NCBI GenBank assembly: GCA_002633005.1
Contig: NMRA01000025.1
Location: 1,343,160 to 1,407,159 of the forward strand
Length of the DNA: 64,000 nt
From: Phoronis australis
Lineage: Eukaryota > Animalia > Phoronida
Direction of reading: 5' to 3'
Positions within the stretch are counted from its first letter, which is position 1. Every line of letters starts with the position of its first letter. A model generated the notes under the pieces. That model was not told where the DNA came from. It did no database searches and saw only the letters and a list, made by a program, of their open reading frames with translations. Below are positions 1 through 10,519 of the stretch, piece after piece. A program made the translations under genes and the position numbers.

Positions 1-401
1 CGCTTCTCTCGCTGGAGGATCCAGTTCGTAAGGCTCAAAGTAGAAAAGTACGCAGCCGGAAGCACATCAAACTTGTTCTCGCTTTCGTGCAACCCCATTT
101 CCTCATCCTGGCCATCATTCCCGTACGTTTCTTCATAGTATTCATTCAATTCTTGCTCATAATCGTCGTCGCTTTCAAATTCACTGCTCTCAGCCATTGT
201 TCAATGCTAGTCACTGATCTCTTGTGTTCAACCCATGACGTCACATGGCGGGAAATGTGAAAATTGGCAAAATTGAAAGAAAAATCAAAATTTCGAGCTA
301 ATTACACAAAATAAACATGGGTTTAGCTAAATTTTACGTCATACATTTAAGCTGTGGCCACCGGTAATTCAAAATGTGCAAAAATCCATAGTGTGTACTG
401 T
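1..401 (-). mobile_element. Possible terminus of a Kolobok-like DNA transposon with an inward-pointing acidic ORF (ATG at 197, runs off the window edge)
   Basis: TTAA at 402-405; minus-strand ORF MAESSEFESDDDYEQELNEYYEETYGNDGQDEE... open to position 1; a shifted frame reads FEPYELDPPAREA. The other end lies outside the window and the terminus (AC) is not the canonical RR. Confidence 0.3.
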
Positions 402-2517
402 TTAAGTCCTAGAACGAACACGTTTTTAACCCTTATTAAATGGTTAGAAGATATTATAAGGAACCACGCAGTACTTATCCCATAACCAATACAGAATCCT
501 AAGTCGAAGAAAGTTTAAATAAACGAGTCACTCACGATTCCGACCCGGTCGAAGATCACACCGCCATTTTGAACTAACCGCGAAACCGGAAGTACAATTC
601 ATTCAGGAACCCAGGCTAAGTATACGCCGGTTGTGCGACTGGAGCAGCGTCTGTTAGCCTGCAAACGGGGATAAAATAATCGATAGTGGACCTCAACTTT
701 CATGAAACCAAAATAGGGACAACTTGTACTCAAAATGTTGACAAAATGTGGCAAATAAATTTTGACAGAAATTATTTTGCCGAGCTCGGACCTGCAGCCG
801 AGACCGGTGCAGACCGATCGAGACCACTTGCACTGACAAAAGACGAAGGCATGCCGTCCCCTGGCTGTTTTATCGGAATAAATGGTTTAAATTATGAATG
901 CCGTATACATAAAAAGATAGTTTCCGACACTTGTATAAAATTACGGACTAGTAACAATCCTGCGACAACGACTGAATAACAACAGGGCCGACTATGGAGG
1001 GCTAGGCCAAGCGTGTTTTACTGGGTTTAATTAACTCTGGTAAACAAACAGTATAAGCAGAACAACGAACATGCAACATTAAATTATTGAAAAAACTGCT
1101 ATACAGTTACAATATCCTGATAGTCAAACTTGCGTAAATATGGAAAATATTAAGACGCGACTTCGCTACGGCCGGGCGGCTGACTGCCAAGAGAATACCA
1201 TTTGTTGGCGAAATAATTTCAGGTAGAAAACTTGCCATGATGCCAAATGGTATTATATATGTATTAATGAGTTTAAAGTAAAAGGAATAATTCCCACTTT
1301 AATTAGTCAGAAACATTCGTATTACGCTGCTAGCCGGCGGAGCCGGACCGCCTGGCCTGCCGTGCGCGGACATCTGTGCTCCGCGGGGCAAGATGAAAAT
1401 ATTAATTAGCTACCTGGTCCTTAATGAGTGAAATTCCTGTGAAAAAGATATTAAAAAGATACTGCGTAGTGCTCCTAACACTGCAATATTTTCCCATCGC
1501 CGACATTCAGCTCATTGAGTAAAATTCACTACACTACCCCCGCCCCGGTTTGCGCCGCAGAATTTTTATATTTTGACAACATAGGTATATATTCTAAGTT
1601 TTTTGTGAGGTTTAAAAATATATTTACCAAGTGATTATTTTCCCGGCGAAGAGTCACGACGACTGCAAGCCGGGGAATAACCGGTACTTCTTCGATTACT
1701 ATGTCCTGTCAGCAAAATTAAGCAAAGATATGGAGGTCACTGTATTGAGATAAAACTTATCTTTATTTGTCGAAACATCGCCGTGTGTGGATGATTTTTT
1801 TCTATTTTATATTTTTAACGGCCAGTAAAGCCGGTGCCGATTTGCTGCCAATTACGCACTGCGCTCACACGTCCGGGTAGTCACCGTTATGGAGTAGGGC
1901 TTCTATACGTTTCTAGTTTTCTTCTAGAACCCAAGTTTTATCAAAGTTATGAATTTAGAGCCTAAGGACTCATCTTGTGCAAACCATGCTATTCTGTATA
2001 TTAGTCAATGGGCCTTGAGCAGTAGGAGAACATTCCATGGGTATTGTCACGTGGTAATTGATTTTCTACTTGCATGGCTAGATTAAGTATCAATAGTTCA
2101 TTATCTTAACAAAAGAAGTGGTGAGTGTTATTATTTCAGGTATTCACTGCCCTGTTTGCTCTGGTATTGCACTGGTTCAGCAAAATAAGATGTAAGTTGT
2201 AGAATTATCTTTATTAACCAGCAGTTATGTGTACTAGACTTTGCACTTTTGCTCAAGTGAAATTTAATGATTATAAGAGGCTATAAGAAAAACATCACTG
2301 AAAGCATATTTATCATGAACAAAATTCGTATGAATAAGTTATCAATACCTTTTTAATTAAGCAATTTTCACATCAATTATAGTTTTAGAGTTAAAATTAT
2401 TCCGAAAACTCGGTAAAATCGCAATGAACTTGAGTTAACGCAACTTATAGTTCCATTATAACTTTATTTTCACGTGACTCACCCAAAACGAAAGTCTAAA
2501 TACTGTTGGTCGCAAAT

Positions 2518-2790
2518 AGGCCTTTTGCGAGTTTATAACAATAACGCGAGATTATGTGAGACTTAACTGTGACGTCACGGGAAGTGGGGCAAAAGCTTCT
2601 CGCTTGGTCAGCAGAGTGTATTCTTGTCTTCGAGTTTTTAGCCGTTTAGTTCGAAAAATGTCCAAAAGCATTGCTGTTATGGCAAATGAACTTCAGATTC
2701 GCACTACAATACGTTCTATCGCGTTCTGTACTAATTTCGTCCCGTGTATTTTAAACGGGCGGTAGGAGAAATCCACTCACTGATAAAGTT
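2518..2790 (+). pseudogene. ISL2EU/Harbinger-type transposon end with a decayed THAP-like N-terminus
   Basis: Begins aat|AGGCCTTTTGC; ATG 2658 followed, after one frameshift, by HCCYGK*TSDSHY, resembling the Cys-x4-Cys start of THAP zinc fingers. No partner TIR found. Confidence 0.4.
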
Positions 2791-3740
2791 TTCACCTCGT
2801 CAAAAATACATTCTACACCTAAAATTAGCACCTAAAAGGTCTTACTTTCTTCAGTGACTCTTTCTGCTTCTAAACATATCTTCGATGAAGCATATATACG
2901 GGAATTCAGGTGACTTCGGCGAAGAATTCCAACTCCACTTTGTGGTTACTGTTAACTTTGTCCGCGCGCGCGATAACCACAATCAAGTATTTCAACTGAG
3001 TCAGGTGAGTATGAGGCAAAGGCTAGCGCGAGACTGAGCGTGATAGAGCAGGGAGGAAATTGTTGCTGGACCAGTGGGCCTGGGTTTGATGAGGTTGAAT
3101 TTGTCTGTGTCTCCAAAAATCTGTATCTTCCTGCGACTCTGTTGTATGTACTAGTTGTGACGTGGGGTGAAGACCTTTGGTAAACGTTAGAAAAAAAAAC
3201 AACTTTTCAGTTTCAACTCTTAAAAGAACTGTGGACTACTTGTTCTGCAATTTGCTTCACAATTCGTCCTGCTTTTCCATACTTCTGTTGAAGCATACCG
3301 CTGCTCTTTCTCTACTCTTTCGCTTGAAACAGCTTGAAAGCTTAAATTCATCACTTACCTGGCAAAAACTCTAAACTGTTATTTGTAATTGAAAGTAGTT
3401 GTATATTCAACCACTAAGTAACAGCGTAAAACTTTTAAATGCTTCTTTGCTCATATTTTGACTTATTTTGTTCATTTCTTGTGTTTTTGAGTGACCAACC
3501 TTGTTGAATTTGCCTGTTTCAGATGAATGCTTGAGACATTTTTACTGATCATGAACTCAAAATTTTGTCATCCAGTTTCGTCAGATTCACGAGGCAAACC
3601 ACATGAAAATGTACAATATTAAACGCGGGAACATTTTACACATGTGCACCTATGGAAGAGGTAGAAAATGGCCAAATAAATTTGGTAGGTCAAAGTACTC
3701 GCTCCTACACCTCAGGGCATGTGGCGCTCTCACCTTTTTA

Positions 3741-3942
3741 TGAGTCGGACTAGTTAGAAATAAGGCATTGTCTTTATTTCTATTAGTAAGACTCGTTAGA
3801 ACTAAGACCAAGCTTGGTCTTTATTTCTGAGTCAGACTCGTTAGAAATAAGACTAGGCCTTGTCTTTATTTCTATGAGTCAGACTCGTTAGAAATAAGAC
3901 CAGGCCTTGTCTTTATTTCTATGAGTCAGACTCGTTAGAAAA
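3741..3942. repeat. ~47-bp tandem repeat (~4.3 copies) made of palindromes
   Basis: Unit tgagtcagactcgttagaaataagac(c/t)aggccttgtctttatttcta; contains GAGTC-A-GACTC and AGAAATAAGAC..GTCTTTATTTCT hairpins. Confidence 0.9.
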
Positions 3943-5243
3943 CTGAAGAAATACAAGCTTTCTGAACTGTTCTTGTTTGACCGTTTTGAGCTGCATGCAC
4001 TCCGGTTTGTCCCATCTCGAACATGTACACAGTAAATGGGCGAGGTAATTTCTTTCGCTTGGGGTCATCGGGTAGAATATCCTTTATTGAATCTGTACTG
4101 TACGTCCAGGTTTGGCCGCCGGAGGTAGTGATGCACCTGGTTTCGAAACAAAAGCACTGAGTTCAGTGAGCCCCCAGTGCTGCAGTTATGAGAGTGTAAA
4201 CGTAGTCTTGAAGGCATGGAACGACCCGTTTGAGTGACAGTACAACCCAAATAAACTGTCCAGCTCAAATAAAATTAATCTGCGTCGACGGACTAGAATT
4301 GGACCAGTACACGATTCAGAGACTCTGTTCTATTTTATTCACAACTAGTTGGGTGCAAATAAAAATGTTAAACCCTCGTGTATCAAAATCCTGAAATTTA
4401 TAAATCGTAAAAGAAAGCGCTAGCATTGAAAACCATTATTTTGGTTGGTATTTTGAGGAGGAACTTCAATACTTCAACGAAAAGATTCACCACCACTAAC
4501 TTGATGTATTGCATTTTGAAATTTACCAATTCGATTTGACTCTAACCCGCGCTGTCGGTCAAAAAACTTTCAATTTATACCACTCATAAAATCGATCAAA
4601 TCTGTCTCCTTACTGGTGTTGGAAATGTTATCACTATCGCTTGTCACGGCGGGTTGAATTCAGTCTAAAACGTAGTATGTCCGTCAGGAGGATTCCTAAC
4701 TACGCAATATATGACTTCTTCAGGCTCGTAAGTGAGGATATATTGACATGTCTATGTAATTCCAGGTGTTTTGTCGAAACCATTTTCAGTTGAAACAAAG
4801 GATAAGAACGCAGTGACGTTGCTTTGGGAGAACAAAATGAATACGTCGGGGAAACATTTATTTTTGACACCAGTGCCCGGGGTTGTTTTTTTGGCATTTT
4901 GTGTCCTACCTTTTTGCGAACTCAAGGTAAATATCTATGATTCTGTGATCGAGTGCATTATGGTTAGTTCTAGTTTGCACGTGATGACCTCTTGGTTTAA
5001 GCAACAAACTCGAGTAAAAAATCGAAATTTTGAGTAAAAACTCAAATTTCGAGTTCAGACTCAAACATTTACTGACTTAGACAGCCATCAACGTAAACCA
5101 TAATAATGAATTGTTTTTCTTGTAGCGCGACACGAGTTGCGCAAACGCTCTAAAATACAACGCTTTCGATTTTTGATTTGTCTTATACACTTTTAAAACA
5201 TAAAGTAATTTTAAAGGAATGTGCCATATGTGTGGATAAATAA

Positions 5244-5754
5244 AGATTATTACATGGCGAAGTCATCCCCCGTTATCCAGAGCCCGAGTGGATTTTGGAG
5301 AATTATCGCCCGAGAGGCGTCAGCCCCGAGGGCGATGATTCTCCAAAATCAGCTCTAGATAAGGGGGATAACGATTGAGAACATGTAATAATCTATTTAT
5401 ACCACATACTGAACGAGAAACATCGCAATGAATCTATCTTTCTCGACTCGCCTCGGCTTTGTAACTACTTTCTATGTCAGATCCCCGGGGTCGGAGGTCG
5501 TGACCTTTTAAGAAAAGCCGAGCTATTTTTGTCAAACAATGCTATTACTCAAAACCAATTGAAAATTTAAACAAAATAGAAATAAAGTGAATATATCAAT
5601 TAAGGTTTAGCACTTGAACTTACACATTTTATCACGCCAAGCTTGGACCGGGAAAATGTCGTGGATTTTGTAGAATTATCCCCCTCGGGCTATAATTCTC
5701 CAAAATCCACTCGGTCTCTAGATAACGGAGGATAACGACTTCGCCTTGTAATAA

Positions 5755-5757
<3 letters not shown>
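5244..5757. mobile_element. Fold-back non-autonomous element with ~70-bp inverted ends and an internal third copy
   Basis: agattattacatggcgaagtc...gaattatcgcccgag (5244-5313) is the reverse complement of ctcgggctataattc...gacttcgccttgtaataatct (5684-5757); 5244-5394 is itself palindromic. Confidence 0.75.

Positions 5758-5814
<57 letters not shown>
5757..5814. repeat. (TA)n microsatellite
   Basis: Perfect TA run of about 29 units. Confidence 0.98.
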
Positions 5815-5819
<5 letters not shown>

Positions 5820-6677
5820 GCTTACACGTTGTCATTCATGAATTGAAGATGAAAGACACTTGGGTATGGAAGTAGAGAAGAACGTTTCTGCGCATGCTCT
5901 GTTATGTACTTACATCATCGTGGATCGAGAGACACGTCTTAAAGGAGAATGGCACCCAAAAAACAACCTATTTTGTATCAATTTCGATCGAGTACTTCTA
6001 CTCCATAACGGCACGTTCGATTGCGTTACCTGACACCTGACGGCAGACGAAGGTGTTGAAATTACCCACTGACGTCTTTGATTTCACACGCAGTCTGTTC
6101 AGCAGTTCACAACACGGGTTACTGGTGTCAGCTTATCGCTTGAATTCATCATTTAACACAAATAAATCATCAAATTTCGATGTAAAACCCTTAAAAATAC
6201 ACCGAGTTCTTATAAAACGTGTTGTTATATTTCGCTGTTGCGGATCTATTGATATTTGGACACACCGTAGCCTACAAAATTCGGCAGGCCAATTTACCAA
6301 AGTCCGTAACAGAAGTTTGGGGTCTGTTCGGGGATAAATTCGAAGTATTCTTCCGTGAAATACAGACAGGAGAACCTAGACCTATGTTGTTTAGACTTGC
6401 GATTTTTTGAGTTCTAAACACACAAAACGCTTGTTATTCCGGCCAGTGGTTCGGAACCCGATCAGGCCCATCGCGGCCGGACTGACTCGGTATCCCGGGC
6501 AGTGGCTAGGAATCCGATCAGGCCCGTCGCGGCCGCCGGGACTGGCACGAACATAAACCAGCTTGCGTTGGAAACTAAACCTCCAGTCACGAAAAGACTA
6601 TAATAGTGAGCCAAAGAAATAATGTGCACGTAATTATCAGTGGCGGATCTAGGATATCATGCCCCCTCCAGTCAGGN

Positions 6678-6740
6678 CCACAGACTCGAACTCGCAACCT
6701 AGCGATTAGAGCGCGCATGCTGTACCACTGCACCACCACG
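6678..6740 (-). mobile_element. tRNA-derived SINE head
   Basis: Minus strand cgtggTGGTGCAGTGGtacagc...gcgaGTTCGAGTC: Pol III A and B boxes at tRNA spacing but no intact cloverleaf; cut by the N at 6677. Confidence 0.6.
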
Positions 6741-7110
6741 ATTTCGCTTATAATTTGGTTCTAAGAGACCTACTTGTTTATGGTCCACAGCGTTTGCGGG
6801 CGAAACCTACTACTTTTTGTATTATTTATTAAACTTTTTATATTTTGTGCAATCAGTTCGTAACAAATTTGTTGTATTTAAAATAGTCTTCAATTGCCTA
6901 AAAGACCAAATCCGTTATTTTGTGTTGGCAATAATGACGCGATTGCTTTGGAAATCGTCCAAGTTAAGGTTTGACAAAGAGAGAATTATGAGATTCTGAG
7001 TGATTCACTGAGGCTTCGATTAAAATTCACATCTTACCAGCAGCTTTTTTTTTTCATCGTCACTCAGATTCCATTTTCTTTAAAAACTGAAGTAATTTTC
7101 TTCATTGCAC

Positions 7111-7132
7111 CATAGACTATAGTACATCTATG
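7111..7132. mobile_element. Putative P-element-type excision footprint
   Basis: CATAGACTATAGTACATCTATG flanked by a 7-bp direct repeat attgcac/atagcac (6/7 match). Confidence 0.55.
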
Positions 7133-9594
7133 ATAGCACAGTGAAGCAGACGACGGAAGCGGAGTCGTAGTGCGCAGCGCCACTGCCGGTCGTCTGGGAT
7201 ATCGCCGGAGAGCCTATACTTTAGCCAAAGTTCCGTTACGATTGCGCCGTTTTCCGAATTTGACACTTGAAATTGGATCTGAGCCCCCCCCCAACACACT
7301 AAAACTGCCCACATTTAAATCTTGTTTCAGCCGTGTAATGTTAATTACAGGGGTTAATGAATAAACTCCACATTTCCCTACGCTATTGCTGTTTTATTTT
7401 TTTGCGGAAGCCAAGGGGGGGGGGCGGGCCCCCTGGCCTCATACTTGCTATTTATAGCGTACCTTTCATTCTTCACTACCGCGAGCCACTTCCTAAGCAT
7501 TTCGGGGTCTCGAGGAAGTCGAAAAAACTATATACCCGCTTTCTTCGCAGCTTCATAGTTCGGACAAGCGGGAACGATGCACCGCAATATAGCGGCATTC
7601 ACTCTGAAGAGACGAACCACTGACGTCGCTGCGTCGTTTCTCTCCTTCCTCACAGGTTAACGCGACATCTCTCGGCAAGGTGTGGTCGACCGTATAAGAG
7701 GCGATGTAGATATAGACCGATTAAGACGGTAACAAAAGACTAATTAAATCGGATGACATTCTCCTTTAACTATACAAAGTGTCCGGCTTTTGATGATTTC
7801 AAGAGAACGTTTAATATTTGTTATAGTGTAAGAAATAACGACGGCGATCCTTTCATTTATTTGGTGAACTCCTGTATTGACTTAAAACTTTGCTCGTTTT
7901 ATCCAAGTGTTTATTGCGCATATTTCTTAAGCAACCCCTCTTTTAAATTATATTTTTCTTTCTTAGTTAAACATTCGTTTTTTTAAATTGTTTATTGTTT
8001 ATATGTGCCAGAGGCTACGCACTGAAACTGATCACGAGTAATTTGGTGTGTGACGGCCGCTTTCGATAGTGATTAAGGAAGAAATGTCCCTTTGAACTTG
8101 TACAAACGACAATATGTTCATGTAATAAACGTGTTGCTTGTAATGCTCCAGGATTTAGTATAAACCGGGGGTTATACAAAAACGTTTGTTTTTCTGTATT
8201 TCCTGCCCTGTATTTCGGTTGTCGCTGTAAATGTCTCGATTTGAGCCGCTCTCGAACCAGCGACCTCGGCCGGGAGTATGGATTTGAGCCTGCATATATG
8301 CCGCGTGAACAGAACCAAAACAAAATTAACAACAAATAGACATGTTGTCTCCAACTAGACACTAGTCAACTCCAATAAACTCTACGCTTATCGCAAACAT
8401 GCATGGTCAGGAAATGAGTCGGAGACACGTTATGAATTATTTCGTGTTTTATTAAAACCTCACTTGAGTGTGTCGCAAAATAGGAACCTTTGTGGAATGC
8501 ACCAGTTTTTGTTGTTACAGAAGCTACAAGCCTAAAACGCAGGTATCATGAGATGGAACAGTATACGGATACATTTGTCAACATCAACCAATCGGAATGT
8601 CAGAGAGTTACTTATCATTAATCATTCGAATGTACAATCGAATCATTCGGAAAACCTCGAGTATATTCGTAACTTCAGACTCCCCCCCCTCGGAGGTGAA
8701 CGTCATCTGCGCGTGTGCGAACTTCAGTCATAAGGTATCACACCATAGTTATTACAGGGTTTTGGCTGCCGACGCACACTTAAGTGAAGATGAGTCCTTT
8801 ACTCACGTCCTTACCAAGAGTCTGAAAAAAAACAAAATGTTTTGTAGCATTCCCAACGGCACAAGCACTACTCATGATAACTGAAACTTAATTATGCTGC
8901 AAATTCAAATCGAAGAAAATCCCGGTATAGAAAAATAGGACCAAAAATTGACAATGTTCTCCCCAAAATTACCACTTCCCTACAAGTTCTAGAAAAAATC
9001 TGACTACAGAATCGTTCTCTCTAGATTCTGTCCATATGTAACTTCGTAGTTAATCAATGAGAACTCCATCTGAAACACCTTGGACATTTTTGTACTGGCC
9101 TCAAATTGTCCCGCGGTGGTGTTTCAGTCATGTCTGCGCATCATGAACTTCAATCATAACAACAAATCACTCGACTCCGAAAATTGAGAATGCGAGTTCC
9201 CCCGGGGTACCCCGGCGATATAACCCTGAGCAAGTGGTAACCGTACATCAGAAAACAGACTACGGATTAAAAATGACCTCGCTTACGATTTTTGAGACTT
9301 GCTTGGTTGAAGTCATGATTTTGTCTGTCTCTTGACCAAATACCTTTATTGTAATGGTTGCTGTCACACATGAGCGAATAAGAAACACTTCCGAGAGACA
9401 ATGTGAGACTAAATACTTCAAGTGTTCTGTATGTGAGAACCATAGTACACGATCTTCTCGCTAAGACAGTGCTATCCATTTCATCAAACCTCCATTGTGT
9501 TCATCTAACCAGATGAGTGCCACTAGCGACCTCTCCTTTCGGCCAAACTGCCCTGTTCAAAAGTGTCGTACGTGTTGTTCGTTTCACTATAAGC

Positions 9595-9665
9595 ATGGGC
9601 GGCGCAGTACGGCTGAAAAAAGTGGGAACTTATAGCGACCACTCCCCTGTGGTGCGCCGCCCGTG
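9595..9665. mobile_element. Small GC-rich MITE (CATGGGCGGCGCA family)
   Basis: TIR catgggcggcgca ... tgcgccgcccgtg; related copies at 44830-44985 and about 61300-61424. Confidence 0.7.
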
Positions 9666-10367
9666 ATATTAAGGTAAACTTTTGCAACGCGTGACACTTA
9701 TTTCGTTCATTTGAAAATGAATTTGCTTTTTATGAAATACGTCTTTTCCGTTTCATGCCTAAGAGATCGTCTTATTCCCTTGGCTTATTTGCTTAAAGCT
9801 GAACTTCGCCCTGTTTAGCTGGCCAAACACGTGAATGCAATGAGACCTTTTACTGTCATAAAATTTGTCTCACATTGTCCCTTACCCTAATGGGATTCTA
9901 TTTCCGTTGCCAACTTGAGAACAACATAAAAACCATCAGCGACTCGATAAAACGCCTCGGAATTTATTGAGGTTGACAAGCCCTAAAATTGCGAATACGA
10001 AACTGGCGCATGTGTGCACTGGCTGTGACGAGTTGGTGAGAGAAACAGGAATCCTGTCACGGTAAGAGTACAAATTTTCGATTTCCGTTTTGGCCTCCTA
10101 AACGGGCGAAATGCATCTTTAAATTACATCTTGGTCGTTTCATATTAGATTTGTTGTTTTTTGCGAAATGGTCTTGTTTGTTTAAAGACGATCTATTCGT
10201 TTAACGACTTATATGTCTGCTTGCGTTATACATCTATTTTGGTTTAAATCGCACGCCATATCATCTACACCGTTACAATATTCACCAATAGGTAGCAGCA
10301 GCTTCTTCAAACACTCGCCAATACTCTCGCGCGAAATACGAACGTTGCCCGAGGCAGTGCCTCGGGG

Positions 10368-10519
10368 ATGGAAAGATTGCGTAGTATGTTTGTTCATACG
10401 ACTGGAGCTCAATCTGACATGCTATGCGCTGTGACAAAAGACGTGGAAAGCGACAGCTCCGACAACGAACGGTCTTCTCTTCGCCGTGATTTTCGTTTAG
10501 ACTTAGCACAAATACGGAG
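10368..10519 (+). CDS. KCTD15: Candidate upstream coding exon of KCTD1/15 (MERLRSMFVHTTGAQSDMLCAVTKDVESDSSDNERSSLRRDFRLDLAQIR)
   Basis: ATG 10368, open for 50 codons + AG, donor gtaggt at 10520; phase 2 joins in frame to the acceptor at 19911 (AG+A = Arg, then ATG). No homology evidence. Confidence 0.45.

Larger units (their letters stand above)
5943..7765. mobile_element. Non-autonomous Kolobok-type DNA transposon (~1.8 kb, TTAA TSD)
   Basis: TTAA(5939-5942)|AGGAGAATGGCACCC ... GGATGACATTCTCCT|TTAA(7766-7769): 15-bp TIR with 2 mismatches, AG..CT ends. Contains an N at 6677 and nested smaller elements. Confidence 0.75.

Noticed and set aside
8015-8362. Secreted peptide precursor (hydrophobic N-terminus)
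   Set aside because: Non-ATG start, no splice or homology support, no recognisable processing pattern.
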